Assembly: GCA_046313635.1 (NCBI GenBank) | Contig: JBKBYA010000003.1 | Coordinates: forward strand, 96,001 to 160,000 | DNA: 64,000 nucleotides | Origin: Pyrinomonadaceae bacterium | GTDB taxonomy: Bacteria; Acidobacteriota; Blastocatellia; Pyrinomonadales; Pyrinomonadaceae | Reading direction: 5' to 3' | Shown here: positions 11,553 through 22,594 of the stretch, piece by piece | How the letters are laid out: each line of letters opens with the position of its first letter | Numbering within the stretch: the first letter of the stretch is position 1 | Program-made: the position numbers and the translations under genes | The notes under the pieces: generated by a model | Seen by the model: the letters and a program-made list of their open reading frames with translations, nothing else | Told to the model about the DNA's origin: nothing | Database searches by the model: none

Positions 11553-12014
11553 TCACTTCTCGCCAAACGCAGCCAGCACCTCGTCGGCATGTTCGGCCAC
11601 TTTCACTTTATCAAAAACCTTAACGATCCTGCCCGTCTCGTCGATCAAAAAGGTCTTGCGCAGTGTGCCCATGTACTTTTTGCCGTACATCGATTTTTCG
11701 CCCCAGACGCCGTAGTCGTTGACGATCTTTTTATCGGTGTCGGCGAGCAGAGTGAATGGCAGGTCGTATTTTGTGACGAATTTCTGATGCGACCTTTCGT
11801 CGTCGATCGAGACGCCGAGCACCTCGATGCCTTTCGCGGCAAAGACGTCGTACGAGTCTCGGAACGAGCACGCCTCCTTGGTGCAGCCGGGCGTGTCGTC
11901 CTTCGGGTAAAAGTAGAGCACGACGCGCTTGCCCCTTAGATCTGAGAGCCTGACCGTGCGGCCGTCCTGGTCTTTCGCCGTGAAATCAGGAGCCTTGTCT
12001 CCTTCTTTTAACAT
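11553..12014 (-). CDS. bcp: Thioredoxin-dependent peroxiredoxin Bcp
   Basis: [16 protein letters not shown]. Confidence 0.93.
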   Translation of the reverse strand: MLKEGDKAPDFTAKDQDGRTVRLSDLRGKRVVLYFYPKDDTPGCTKEACSFRDSYDVFAAKGIEVLGVSIDDERSHQKFVTKYDLPFTLLADTDKKIVNDYGVWGEKSMYGKKYMGTLRKTFLIDETGRIVKVFDKVKVAEHADEVLAAFGEK

Positions 12015-12063
12015 AATCCTCCGGTGAACTGTAGAATTTATCGGGCAGTGAATCTGGCTCTCT

Positions 12064-12130
12064 CTTTGCGGTTTTGGCGAGCTCTGCGCGAGACACATCT
12101 GTTTCACGCAAAGACGCAAAGCACGCAAAG
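12064..12130. repeat. Inverted CTTTGCG/CGCAAAG array (same family as 2055..2158)
   Basis: ctttgcggttttggcg…cacgcaaagacgcaaagcacgcaaag. Confidence 0.7.
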
Positions 12131-12146
12131 TGAGGAGGCTCTCGGA

Positions 12147-12695
12147 ATGATATCACTCCGGAGAATTGCGATGAAAAGGCTCGGCGAGACACGTGCGATC
12201 GAAATGCTGCGAGAGCGGCGAGAGGCCTTTCGCGCGCAGATAGCAGAGACTTTTGAGCACCGAGCAAAGCCCTGCTCGACGTGCGAGACGCGCGGCGCGT
12301 GCTGCACGGACGAGCACTTCGTCAACGTCCGGATAACGCGTCTCGAGGCCGCCGCGATCCGGCGCGCGGTCGATAAGCTGACGGACGAAAAACGGATCGC
12401 CGTCCGGCGCCGGGCCGAAGCGGCGATCGAGAGATTTGGATTAAAGGACGGAGGCGAGAGGTTTGCGTGTCCGCTGTTCGAGCCCTCGGACGGCTGCCTC
12501 GTTCACGCCGAGGCAAAGCCGTTCCCGTGCATACAGCACGCGTGCTACGAGCGGCGAGCGGACGTGCCGCCCGACGAGCTGCTCGACGAGGCCGAGCTAT
12601 TTGTCCACCGTCTTAACCTTCGCGTGTACGGTGCCCGACATGCGCCGCTGCCGCTGCCTCTCGCCCTTGCCCGAGCTATTGCAGACGAGGCTTGA
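12147..12695 (+). CDS. YkgJ-like cysteine-cluster (CxxCxxxxxCC) protein
   Basis: [15 protein letters not shown]…GCLVH…KPFPC; GAGGAGG RBS. Confidence 0.75.
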   Translation: MISLRRIAMKRLGETRAIEMLRERREAFRAQIAETFEHRAKPCSTCETRGACCTDEHFVNVRITRLEAAAIRRAVDKLTDEKRIAVRRRAEAAIERFGLKDGGERFACPLFEPSDGCLVHAEAKPFPCIQHACYERRADVPPDELLDEAELFVHRLNLRVYGARHAPLPLPLALARAIADEA

Positions 12696-13239
12696 CCAAC
12701 AGCGCTATCGCCGCACCCGAGACGAGCCAGCCGACAAATTGATCGATCCCCTGAGCGATCGCATACGACGTCGGAAAGCCGTACCAGTTCCAATACGAGA
12801 CGTCGATCGAGAGCCATCCGATAACTCCAAACATTCCCGCGGCGATCGCACGCGTAACGAATGATCCGCCGATCGAGGCGATGACCCACGCGGCGACAAT
12901 GCACGCCAGTATGTTTGACGCGAGTTCGGTCAAGAGCATCTTGGCACCCATCGGTTCGTCGCCGTCCGTTCTGTAAACGAGTATGCCGCGCGGGCCCGCC
13001 TTATACCGTTCGGCCCAGGCTGCCTGCTCCTCGGGTGAAACGTCGCCGTGCGCCATATCGAGCCCCGGATAAAAGTAGAGTCCCGACTCGGGGACGTTCT
13101 GTTTGAGAGTTCCGACGATCGCGGGCTCGGCCGGCAACATACGGACGCCCGTCTCGCCGAGCGGCAGCACCGTGTGCGAGATAAAGCTCCAGACAAACAT
13201 CAAAAGGCCGGCAACGACACCGGCGATGACGATACGCAT
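12676..13239 (-). CDS. Hypothetical membrane protein
   Basis: Four hydrophobic segments; GLYFYPG and YWNWYGFP. Confidence 0.75.
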   Translation of the reverse strand: MRIVIAGVVAGLLMFVWSFISHTVLPLGETGVRMLPAEPAIVGTLKQNVPESGLYFYPGLDMAHGDVSPEEQAAWAERYKAGPRGILVYRTDGDEPMGAKMLLTELASNILACIVAAWVIASIGGSFVTRAIAAGMFGVIGWLSIDVSYWNWYGFPTSYAIAQGIDQFVGWLVSGAAIALLVKPRLQ

Positions 13240-13413
13240 ATTTCTAGCCTCCGTTTTTTTTTGATCGAGAAGTATCGGTGACTGCCGGCCCCGGCTCGAT
13301 GTAAAGCAAGATCTGCGCGTGAAAACGACGACGATTATATTCAGCGTCGGCGTCGGCGCAAAACAAAGAAGGCGGGCCCGCCCCGCCTTCGCCTGTCAGG
13401 AGAGAGCGTCCGT

Positions 13414-15216
13414 CTATCTGATGTTCAGTTCGAACGGCATCATCGTCATCGCCTCGCCGCGCTGCATACGGTCAAAGAGCTCGGCGTACTTGAGGCTCTT
13501 GCGAATGTCGGCGGGCAGCGAGTCGATAAGAGCTTTTTGCGCGGCCTGCTGTTTGGCGTCGGCCGAGTCGCTGTCGTCGCCGCCGAACCAGGTCTGAATG
13601 AACGGCTTCGGTGCCGGAAAGACGATGCGGCGGACGTCTCGGTCGGCCGGGAGGTTGGCGAGCTGCTTGGCGATATCGATCGCTTTTTCGAGACCGCCGA
13701 ATTCGTCGATAAGGCCATTCGACCTTGCCTGCGTGCCGGTCCAGACGCGGCCCTGGCCGAGCTCGTTGACACGCTCGGCGCTGAGCTTGCGGCCGGCCGC
13801 GACCTTGGGCACGAAGTTGTTGTAATAGATGTCGTTGGCGCCCTCGAGCATCTTGGCCCGTTCTTCGGGCGTCCATTTTTCGGTCTCGCGAAATATGCCG
13901 GCATTCTTGCCGCGCATAATGTACTCGTTGGTGATCCCGACCCAATCGTAAAAGCCTCGCATCACCGGTTTACCGAGAAACACGCCGATCGAGCCCGTGA
14001 TGGTCGTCGGCTCGGCAACGATCTTGTCGGCATTGCAGGAGATGTAATAGCCGCCCGACGCCGCAACGTCAGACATCGAGACGACGACCGGCTTGCCCTT
14101 GGCCTTTGCGTCCTCGATCGCCTTCCAGATCAGGTCGGATGCGAGCGCCGACCCGCCCGGGCTGTCGACCCGCAGGACGATCGCCTTGATCGCTGTGTCG
14201 GCGGCCGCATCGTTTACGGCTTTGACGAGCGTGTCGGAGCCGACCATCTGCCCGCCAAACGGACTGCTGCTCGAGCTGCCGCCCGTGATCGCTCCCGCGG
14301 CGTAGATGACAGCGACGCGGTCGCCGTTATTCAACCCGAGCGAGTCCGACGGTATCTCGCGATACTCGCCGGCGCCGACCGTGCGGAGCTTGTCATTCTG
14401 GTTGTAGCCGAGTCTGGTCTTGAGCTCGTCGTAGATCTGCTCTTTGTAGAGCGCGTCGTCGATGAGGCCGAGCTGTTTGGCGTCGGCCGCATTGTGCGGT
14501 GCGTTGTCGATCGCGGCTTTGACGTCCTCGGGCGAACGGCCGCGGGCCTCGGCGATCGCATTCAACATCTGCCCGTAATACTCGTCGAGGATCGCGTTGA
14601 TGACCTCGCGCTGGCCTTCGCCCATCTCTTTGCGGGTCCATTGGTCCGGGGCCGTCTTGTACTTTGGCCCGATCTGGATGACGTCGGCCTCGATGCCGAG
14701 CTTGTCGAGCGTGCCTTTGTAAAACATCGCCTCGGCCGCGAAGCCGTTGATATACAGATCGCCCGGCGGCGGCAAAAAGATCTTGTCCGCGGCGGTCGCG
14801 ATGTAGTACTCGCGATTGGTGCCGATCTCCATATAGGCGTAGGCGGGCTTGCCTGACGAGCGAAAGTCCCGGATCGCGTCGCGCAGCTCGGCGGCCTTGC
14901 CCCAGCCGATCGACGGGAAGTCGATATCGAGAAAGACGGCGCCGATGCGCCGGTCGACCTTTGCCTTGCGGAGCTGCGTCATCAGGCTTGTAAAAGACTG
15001 CTTCTGCTGGATGCCGAACGCCTTTGCAAGCTGGTCCTCGGGAACGTAGTCGGGCAGATCGCCGGTGACGCGCAGGACGAGGACGCTGTTCTCGGGTACG
15101 CTCGGGCGGCCCATTCGCTCAAAAAGAAGGGCGGCGGCGATGATCGCGACGAGAAAGAAAACAAAGATCACGCCGCCGACGATCAGGATGATTTTCGAAG
15201 TTTTTGAAAGTGCCAT
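13414..15216 (-). CDS. sppA: Signal peptide peptidase SppA (67K type)
   Basis: RVDSPGGS, SMSDVAASGGYY, TGSIGV, GRVWTG. Confidence 0.93.
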   Translation of the reverse strand: MALSKTSKIILIVGGVIFVFFLVAIIAAALLFERMGRPSVPENSVLVLRVTGDLPDYVPEDQLAKAFGIQQKQSFTSLMTQLRKAKVDRRIGAVFLDIDFPSIGWGKAAELRDAIRDFRSSGKPAYAYMEIGTNREYYIATAADKIFLPPPGDLYINGFAAEAMFYKGTLDKLGIEADVIQIGPKYKTAPDQWTRKEMGEGQREVINAILDEYYGQMLNAIAEARGRSPEDVKAAIDNAPHNAADAKQLGLIDDALYKEQIYDELKTRLGYNQNDKLRTVGAGEYREIPSDSLGLNNGDRVAVIYAAGAITGGSSSSSPFGGQMVGSDTLVKAVNDAAADTAIKAIVLRVDSPGGSALASDLIWKAIEDAKAKGKPVVVSMSDVAASGGYYISCNADKIVAEPTTITGSIGVFLGKPVMRGFYDWVGITNEYIMRGKNAGIFRETEKWTPEERAKMLEGANDIYYNNFVPKVAAGRKLSAERVNELGQGRVWTGTQARSNGLIDEFGGLEKAIDIAKQLANLPADRDVRRIVFPAPKPFIQTWFGGDDSDSADAKQQAAQKALIDSLPADIRKSLKYAELFDRMQRGEAMTMMPFELNIR

Positions 15217-15266
15217 TTGGTGAATCACCGACTAGTACGCGTCGGCCCGCGAAATTGTTTGACGCG

Positions 15267-16109
15267 TCAAAACAATGACTTTTGCCGCGTGACGGTGTCA
15301 AAGTCTCTCTCACCGAGTCCGAGCAGCCGCAGGAGCTTATTGGCCGTCGCCGGCGCGAAGCCCTCGAAATAATTGTCGCAGTACACGTAGATCTCGTCAG
15401 CCTCGATGCGCCGAATGTTGGCCGCCCATTGCTCGAGCACGTCGTCGCGGCGGCGATAGATGCGGTCAAATCTCTCGAGATCGCGCTCGCCCATGATGCG
15501 GATGTAGCAGCGATCTGCCGTCACCTTGCCGATCGCGTCGAACATCACCTCGCGCGGCAGCCACGGCCCCTCGACGAGACACAGCGAAGCGCCGGCGGCT
15601 TCCAGCTCGCGATATGTCCAGTCGATGAACCAGTCGCGATGACGGAACTCGACGGCGAACTTCTGATCGCGGGGAAGCTCGTTGAGCAATCGCCGCAGAT
15701 TCTGCGCGTTCTCTTTGCTCCCTTCAAAGCTCGGCGGCAGCTGGATGAGCATCATCGCGAGCTTGTCGCCGAGCAGCCGCGCACGTTCGCAGAACTCACG
15801 CATCACCGGCAGCGATTCGGGTGCAAGCCGCCGGTCGTGCGTCACCTCGCGAGGGAATTTGAGACTGAATTTGAAATCGTCCGGCGTCTCGCGATGCCAT
15901 TTCTCGAGCGTCGTGGATGCAGGTATGCCGTAGAGCGTCGCGTCCACCTCGATCGTGTCAAAGACGCGCGAGTATGCCGCCAGCATCTCGGCCTTTTTGG
16001 TTCCGGGCGGATAAAAGATGTGATCGCCCGCCGGCCTGGTGACCCAGTCCTCGTAGCCCCAGCTCTGGCAGCCGATCCTGATCCGTTCATCCGCGGCGGA
16101 CTGTCGCAT
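15267..16109 (-). CDS. DUF72 (YecE-like) protein
   Basis: IRIGCQSWGY, EVDATLY, KFPREVTH, QLPPSF, AVEFRH. Confidence 0.88.
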   Translation of the reverse strand: MRQSAADERIRIGCQSWGYEDWVTRPAGDHIFYPPGTKKAEMLAAYSRVFDTIEVDATLYGIPASTTLEKWHRETPDDFKFSLKFPREVTHDRRLAPESLPVMREFCERARLLGDKLAMMLIQLPPSFEGSKENAQNLRRLLNELPRDQKFAVEFRHRDWFIDWTYRELEAAGASLCLVEGPWLPREVMFDAIGKVTADRCYIRIMGERDLERFDRIYRRRDDVLEQWAANIRRIEADEIYVYCDNYFEGFAPATANKLLRLLGLGERDFDTVTRQKSLF

Positions 16110-16182
16110 TAGTATATTTTGTCGGTCGGCGGCGTCGCGTTCAATTCGCTGCGAAGCAGGGCGCCGTTCGGAGCATCCAGAT

Positions 16183-16782
16183 CTACCGTCGCCCTTTCGC
16201 CACCTCGGCGACGATGAGGTTGACGACGCCGCCCAGCTTTGGCCGGAGCGCAACGATGCGCAGCCCGGCATCGTGTGCAAGTTCTGCGGTTCGGCGGTTG
16301 AAATGATCGTCAAAGACCCTAGAGGTCACGACGTTGATCGCATCAAAAGCAAGACCGAGCAGCCCTGGCGGCCTGACATGCTCGAGCAGAACGACGCTTC
16401 CTCCTGACCTCACCGTTCTGATGAGCTCGGCAAAAGCTTTCTGCGGTGACGGTATCGAGCAAAAGACGAGCGTCGCGATCGCCGCATCAAAGGTGTCGTC
16501 CGCAAACGGCAGGCAGACGGCGTCGGCCTGTATCAGATGCACAGACGCTGCGGCCCGCGTGCGGGCGGTCTCGAGCATCGGCAGCGAGAGTTCCGTCAAC
16601 GCGATCTCGCCGGCCGCGGCCGAATAGAACGGCAGATTTCGCCCCGTGCCGGCGCCGATCTCGAGGACGCGCGATCCCGGCGGCAGCTCGGCGGCCGCCT
16701 CGGCCCGCCAGCGAGCGAGACCGAGCCGCTCGAGCGGCTCGATGCAGCGGTCGTAACGGCTTGCGATGCGGTCGTAAAGCAT
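16183..16782 (-). CDS. Class I SAM-dependent methyltransferase
   Basis: VLEIGAGTG, LPFADDTFD, VFCSIP, LEHV. Confidence 0.88.
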   Translation of the reverse strand: MLYDRIASRYDRCIEPLERLGLARWRAEAAAELPPGSRVLEIGAGTGRNLPFYSAAAGEIALTELSLPMLETARTRAAASVHLIQADAVCLPFADDTFDAAIATLVFCSIPSPQKAFAELIRTVRSGGSVVLLEHVRPPGLLGLAFDAINVVTSRVFDDHFNRRTAELAHDAGLRIVALRPKLGGVVNLIVAEVAKGRR

Positions 16783-16934
16783 TCGATATCGCGAAGGGCG
16801 CTGTCGTCAAACCGGTGAAACCCGCCGCGCGTCGACCAGCCCCGATCCGCCGCCGGCAAGCTGCTGTCGATAAAGTTCGCCGCGGTTAACAATTACCAGC
16901 TAACCCTTTACAATTAAGCCTTCGCTTTCACCAT

Positions 16935-18350
16935 ATGGCAAAGAAAGGTTCCGTTCTAGTCTGCGACGACGAAGAGATCATGCGCGACGTGCTCGAGACG
17001 ATCCTTACCGGAGCGGGCTATCGCGTCGATCTGGCCAAGACCGGCGAAGAGGCGGTCGAGTGCTATTCGCAAAAGACCTACGACGTCGTGCTGATGGACG
17101 TCTCGATGCCCGGCATGGGCGGCCTCACCGCGCTCGAGGAGCTGATCGCGATGGACTCGGAAGCGGTCGTCCTGATGATCACGGCCTACGCGACCTTTGA
17201 CACGGCGATCTCGGCCTGGGAAAAAGGCGCCGCCGGCGTCATTCGCAAGCCTTTTCAGAACGAGCAGATCCTCGCCCTCGTCGCCCGCGGCATCCGCAAG
17301 CGGCAAAAGGAAGAAGAACGCCAGACGCTGCGCCAGGCGATGGCCAAGTCGGTCAAACGCGAGGGCTTCATCGGCCGCTCCGAGGTGATGGAGAATGTCT
17401 TTCGCCTTGTCGAGCGCGTCGCACCGGCACGCTCGACCGTGCTGATCACGGGCGAGAGCGGGACCGGAAAGGAGCTCGTCGCCAAGGCGATCCACGAGGG
17501 CAGCCCGCGCGCCGGGAATGCGTTCGTCGTCGTCAACTGCTCTAACATTCCGTCCGAGCTGCTCGAGTCGGAGCTCTTCGGCCATACGAAAGGCGCGTTC
17601 ACCGGCGCGGTCGCGGCGAAGAAAGGGCTTTTTGAAGTGGCCGATTCGGGCTCGATCTTTCTCGACGAGATCGGCGACCTCAGGCCCGAGACTCAGGTGC
17701 GGCTGCTGCGTGTCATACAGGAGAGGGAGTTCACGCCGCTCGGCGACACGACGCCGCTCAAGGTCGACGTCCGCATCATCGCGGCGACCAACGTCGATCT
17801 GAAGGAGGCCGTCAAGAACGGCACGTTTCGCGAGGACCTCTACTATCGCCTCTCGGTCGTGCCGATCGAGCTGCCGCCGCTCAGGACGCGCCGCGAGGAC
17901 ATCCTGCCGCTCGCGCAGCACTTTATCCGAAAGTACAACGAGGAGAACGGCCGCAGCATTTCAGAGAATCTCGCCCCCGAAGTGTTGTCGCTGCTCGAGA
18001 ATTACCACTTCCCCGGCAACGTCCGCGAACTCGAGAATATTATCGAGCGTGCGGTCGTGATCGCGCCGACCGACGAGCTGACGCTCGAGTGCCTCACGCC
18101 CGAGGTCCGTGACCCGCACGCCGCGCTCGAGCGCATTCGTGCGACCGAGGGCACGGCCGCCGACGTCGATATCGCGCGAGGCGTCAACTTTTACGACGAG
18201 GTCAAAAAATTCGAGATCGATCTCATCCGCCGGGCCCTCGAGCAGACCGGCGGGCACCAGTCGCGCGCCGCGCGTCTGCTCGGCCTCAACGCGACGACGC
18301 TCAACTCAAAGATCAAGAGCTACAACCTCACCCCACGCGAGCCGAAATAG
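16935..18350 (+). CDS. Sigma-54-dependent response regulator (NtrC family)
   Basis: Receiver domain, GESGTGKE, GAFTGA, C-terminal Fis-type HTH. Confidence 0.95.
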   Translation: MAKKGSVLVCDDEEIMRDVLETILTGAGYRVDLAKTGEEAVECYSQKTYDVVLMDVSMPGMGGLTALEELIAMDSEAVVLMITAYATFDTAISAWEKGAAGVIRKPFQNEQILALVARGIRKRQKEEERQTLRQAMAKSVKREGFIGRSEVMENVFRLVERVAPARSTVLITGESGTGKELVAKAIHEGSPRAGNAFVVVNCSNIPSELLESELFGHTKGAFTGAVAAKKGLFEVADSGSIFLDEIGDLRPETQVRLLRVIQEREFTPLGDTTPLKVDVRIIAATNVDLKEAVKNGTFREDLYYRLSVVPIELPPLRTRREDILPLAQHFIRKYNEENGRSISENLAPEVLSLLENYHFPGNVRELENIIERAVVIAPTDELTLECLTPEVRDPHAALERIRATEGTAADVDIARGVNFYDEVKKFEIDLIRRALEQTGGHQSRAARLLGLNATTLNSKIKSYNLTPREPK

Positions 18351-18456
18351 CACACTAATTCAAAATTCTGGAAATTATTGCAAAGCTTCGTAATCGCGGC
18401 GTTGAGCTCAAACCGGTAACCTCTGTATTTTCATAATTTTTCGTGCCGCCGCGGGG

Positions 18457-18472
18457 TGGCACCGCGGTTGCC
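18457..18472 (+). promoter_or_regulatory. Sigma-54 (-24/-12) promoter
   Basis: TGGCAC-CGCGG-TTGC (GG-N10-GC) upstream of the TonB receptor gene. Confidence 0.75.
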
Positions 18473-18642
18473 TCGTAAATTTCAGACTTTCACCCATTTT
18501 TGGACCGTCCGGCTCTTAATTAATTTTCATATTCAAGAGTTCCCGATTTAATTGGGTTCGGGCCACTGACTGCATCGGCAGGCCTTCGCCTACTTTTTCG
18601 CACTTATTGTAGTTAAGTGAAACCAAATCTGGAGGAGTATCA

Positions 18643-21600
18643 ATGAGGAAATTTACCCACTGTCTCGCTCTGCTGCTGCTGGCCTTTGCGGCCACGGTTG
18701 CGGTGCAGGCACAAACGACCACGGGACGCATCGTCGGCACTGTCTCGACGCCCGACGGAGCTGTGGTGCCGGGTGCCAGCGTGGTCTTGACCGACACCAA
18801 GACGGGACGTGAAAGGACGTTCACTACCAGCGAGGAGGGCGGCTTCAGCATCCCGAACCTCGACGTAGGTGTCTATACCGTAAAGGTCACCGCCCAAGGC
18901 TTTAAGACGACCACGGCCACGGTGACCGTTCAGGTCGGACAAGAATATTCGCTGCCGATCCAGCTCGCAGTTGGCGACGTCAGCGAGACGGTGACCGTGA
19001 CCGCGGGCGCCGATATCATCAATTCAACAAATGCCGAGCTAACCTCGACGCTTTCTAATAGGCAGATCACCGAGCTGCCGCTCGCAACGAGGAATCCGCT
19101 CGCGCTGATCCTTACCCAGGCGGGCTCGGGATCGAACCCGAATCAGAACACATCGATCAACGGCAGCCGCACGTCGGCGACGAATATCACACGTGACGGC
19201 GTCAACATCCAGGACAACTTCATTCGCTCGAACGCGACCGACTTTGCTCCGGGCCGCCCGAGCGTCGACAACGTCGAAGAATTTACACTTTCATCGCAGA
19301 GCTCGCTCGATACCGGCTTCGGCGCGGCTCAGGTCAACTTTGTGACGCCGCGAGGCGGCAACGAGTTTCACGGCGCGGGCTGGATCTATAACCGCAACTC
19401 GGCTTTTGGAGCTAACAGCTTTTTTGCGAATGCCAGCGGAAGCTATCCGCCGGACCACCCGGCCGTCATCGCCGGATTCCGCCGGGCCGGTGAACCCATC
19501 AACCCGAGGCCTTATCGCAACCGTAATCAATACGGAACGAAGGTGAGCGGTCCGATCCTGAAGAACAAGCTCTTTTTCTTCGCTTTTGGTGAAAAACTTA
19601 AGGACATCGTGCAGTCCTCGCGTGTTGTGACCACCCTTACGCCTACCGCCAGGCAGGGCATTTTCAGATACTCGGCGGGCGGAACGGTGTACAGCGTGAA
19701 CATCTTCACGCCCGGTGCCTTTACCGTCGGCTCGGGCGGCGGGACCGTTCCGACCGGTATCAACACGGTGGTGGCCAACGAGATCCTCTCGCAGCTTCCG
19801 GCCGGCAACGGCTTTGAATCGGGCGACGGCCTCAACACGCAATCGGCACGCTACTTCCAGCAGGCCAATTCGGAACGAGAGAGCCTGACCGGCCGCATCG
19901 ATTGGGACCTCAACAGTAAGAACAACATCAATTTTGTAGGCGACTACAATTACGAAGAGAATCTCCGTAATGACGTCGACACGTTCAGCGTCATCCCGGT
20001 CGTTCTTCAGCCGGCCCGTAACGTGCTGTTCTCGGGCGGTTGGCGTTTCACCCCGACGGCGAATCTGAACAACGAGTTTCGTATCGGGCGCATCTTCAGC
20101 CGGCCCGACTTTCTGCGCACCGACAATCTGCCGGGCTTTACCTACGCTCCGACCCTTGTCAACTTTAAGCCGGGCGCAACGACGGCCGCCGGTCTCAACC
20201 AGGGCCGCAGCGTGAGCACGGTCAACGCGCAGGATACGCTCACCTGGATCGTCAGCGATCATACGCTCCGACTCGGTGTCCAGTACCAGCGGGTCGATAT
20301 CAGCGCCTACAACGATATCGGCACCCTGCCGCATTACAACTTCGGTATCAGCTCGGCCGGACCGGTTTTGAATTCCGGCGTGCTCTCGACCGCTGCCGGC
20401 GGGCCTGCGTTGACCGCCACGCAGCAGACGACGGCCCGCAATCTGTTTGCACTGCTCGGCGGGATCATCGGCTCCGGTCAGCAGACGTTCAACGTTACCT
20501 CGCGCGATTCGGGATTCGTAAATCGTGCGACAAACCTCCGCGAGTTCCGATATTGGATGCTTGCTCCGTACGTCACCGACCAGTGGCGTGCACGCCCGGA
20601 CCTCACGGTCAACGTGGGTCTGCGTTTCGACTATCAGGCTCCGCTGAGGAGTAAGAACGGTCTCTATTGGGAGCCGGCTATCCCCAGCGGCAAGAGCGTC
20701 GTCGATGCGGTACTCGACCCGGCGGGCACGTTCCAGTTCATCGGCGGCAATTCAGGAAAGGCGAACACCTTCTATAAGGCCGATACCAACAACTGGGCCC
20801 CGGCCATCGGTGTCGCCTGGGCGCCGAAGAACATGAGCGGCTTCTTCAAGGGCTTGCTCGGCGAGGACTTCGTGCTTCGCGGCGGCTATCGCCTCAGCTA
20901 TGTCAACGACGAACTGGTGCGTGCTCCGGACAACGCCCTGGGCAACCATCCGGGATTCTCTTCGACGATCGCCGCTCTTCGCGGCGGCACGTCGACGGCC
21001 CTCGATGACCGGCTCGGCGGCACGTTGACCCCGGTCGCGGTCCCGACGTTCGTTTCGTCGCGTTCGTACACGACGAACAACACAGCGGCCTTCAGCAATA
21101 CGGGAACGGTCTTCGCGATCGATCCCGAATTGAAGACGCCGATGCAGCACGACTACTCGATCGGCATCCAGCGAAAGTTCGGCGACTGGGTCTTTGAGGC
21201 ACGATACGTCGGCAGCCAGAGCAGCAACATGCTCCGGACGATCGACTATAACCAGGTCAAGATCCCGGCCGCTTACGCCGCGGACTTTGCCGTCGTTCGG
21301 GCTAACGTGCTCGCAGGCTGCGCGACCAACGCCGCTTGCGCGACCGGTGCTCCGCTCTTCCAGTCGATGGTCAACGCCGGCGGCGTGCTTGCGACCAATA
21401 CGTTTGGCTCGCTGGTCAGCACGGGTCAGATCGCAGAGCTGATCTGGCAGCAGCTGATCAACGGTAACATTCCGAACCCGAACACCGTACCGGTCCCGAC
21501 CGGAGCGCTTCGTTCGCTCTTCCTGGCCAATCCGAATGCGGGAGTCGTCAACGTTCTTGAGAATGGCGGCAGCTTCCACTACAACTCCGGCCAGTTCGAG

Positions 21601-22446
21601 CTGCGTCGACAGTTCTCAAAGGGATTGTTCGTCCAGGCGAACTACACGTTCTCCAAAGAGCTGACCGACGCGATCGGTACGGCTCAGACCCGTGTCGAAC
21701 CGTTCCTCGACAACGCCAATCGCAAGCTTGACGTCGCGCGTGCCGATTACGATCAGACACACGTGCTCAACGTCAACGCGATCTACGAGCTTCCCTTCGG
21801 CAAAGGCCGTCGGTGGTTCAATGACAATACGCTGGTCGATTATGTGATCGGCGGTTGGCAGCTTGGATTTGTCGGGCGTCTCGCTTCGGGTTCGCCGATC
21901 ACGTTCACGGACGCGCGCGGCACGCTCAACCGTTCGGGACGTTCAGGCCGTCAGACGGCTCTGACCACCCTGACCGGTGACGAACTCAAGCGTATTGTCG
22001 GCGTATTCCGCACACCGTGCGGCGTGTACTTCGTCAATCCGATCTTCATCAACATCAACCAAGCCAACCTGGCGGCGGGCAACTGCACGGCTCTGACGGC
22101 AGGCGTCCCGACAGGCACGGTCGGCGGAGCCGCATCGAGCGGCTTTGGCCAGCCGTCGTTCACCGGCCAGGTCTTCTTCAACAACGGCCCGCTGCAGACC
22201 AGCGGTCTCGGGCGAGCGATCGTCAACGGTCCGACCTACTTGAGCGCTGACATCTCGCTGTTGAAGAACTTCCGGATCACGGAGCGTGTCACGTTCCAGG
22301 TCCGCGGCGAGGCCTATAACTTTACGAACACCCCGTACTTTGCGCCGGGGCAGTTCATCGATATCAACAGCACCACGTTCGGCCGTATCACCGGCGTCGC
22401 GGTCGGTGCTCGCGTTATCCAGTTTGCCGGACGTCTGAGCTTCTAG
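18643..22446 (+). CDS. TonB-dependent receptor (Oar-like, carboxypeptidase regulatory-like N-domain)
   Basis: Signal peptide; GAVVPGASV; ELPLATRN; beta-barrel; ends RVIQFAGRLSF. Confidence 0.93.
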   Translation: MRKFTHCLALLLLAFAATVAVQAQTTTGRIVGTVSTPDGAVVPGASVVLTDTKTGRERTFTTSEEGGFSIPNLDVGVYTVKVTAQGFKTTTATVTVQVGQEYSLPIQLAVGDVSETVTVTAGADIINSTNAELTSTLSNRQITELPLATRNPLALILTQAGSGSNPNQNTSINGSRTSATNITRDGVNIQDNFIRSNATDFAPGRPSVDNVEEFTLSSQSSLDTGFGAAQVNFVTPRGGNEFHGAGWIYNRNSAFGANSFFANASGSYPPDHPAVIAGFRRAGEPINPRPYRNRNQYGTKVSGPILKNKLFFFAFGEKLKDIVQSSRVVTTLTPTARQGIFRYSAGGTVYSVNIFTPGAFTVGSGGGTVPTGINTVVANEILSQLPAGNGFESGDGLNTQSARYFQQANSERESLTGRIDWDLNSKNNINFVGDYNYEENLRNDVDTFSVIPVVLQPARNVLFSGGWRFTPTANLNNEFRIGRIFSRPDFLRTDNLPGFTYAPTLVNFKPGATTAAGLNQGRSVSTVNAQDTLTWIVSDHTLRLGVQYQRVDISAYNDIGTLPHYNFGISSAGPVLNSGVLSTAAGGPALTATQQTTARNLFALLGGIIGSGQQTFNVTSRDSGFVNRATNLREFRYWMLAPYVTDQWRARPDLTVNVGLRFDYQAPLRSKNGLYWEPAIPSGKSVVDAVLDPAGTFQFIGGNSGKANTFYKADTNNWAPAIGVAWAPKNMSGFFKGLLGEDFVLRGGYRLSYVNDELVRAPDNALGNHPGFSSTIAALRGGTSTALDDRLGGTLTPVAVPTFVSSRSYTTNNTAAFSNTGTVFAIDPELKTPMQHDYSIGIQRKFGDWVFEARYVGSQSSNMLRTIDYNQVKIPAAYAADFAVVRANVLAGCATNAACATGAPLFQSMVNAGGVLATNTFGSLVSTGQIAELIWQQLINGNIPNPNTVPVPTGALRSLFLANPNAGVVNVLENGGSFHYNSGQFELRRQFSKGLFVQANYTFSKELTDAIGTAQTRVEPFLDNANRKLDVARADYDQTHVLNVNAIYELPFGKGRRWFNDNTLVDYVIGGWQLGFVGRLASGSPITFTDARGTLNRSGRSGRQTALTTLTGDELKRIVGVFRTPCGVYFVNPIFININQANLAAGNCTALTAGVPTGTVGGAASSGFGQPSFTGQVFFNNGPLQTSGLGRAIVNGPTYLSADISLLKNFRITERVTFQVRGEAYNFTNTPYFAPGQFIDINSTTFGRITGVAVGARVIQFAGRLSF

Positions 22447-22470
22447 GAGCAGGGACTTCCTGTAACATTC

Positions 22471-22502
22471 GGCGCCGTCCTCTCGAGGGCGGCGCCTTTT
22501 TT
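22471..22502 (+). terminator. Rho-independent terminator
   Basis: GGCGCCGTCCTC-tc-GAGGGCGGCGCC-TTTTTT. Confidence 0.85.
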
Positions 22503-22594
22503 CGCGCTTCCGCTGCCGCGCATCGCCGATGGGGCCCGGCCTTTCTCCGTCGCCGCAGGCGAGGCTATAATGCCGGGGTAGCCCATCGATCCCA

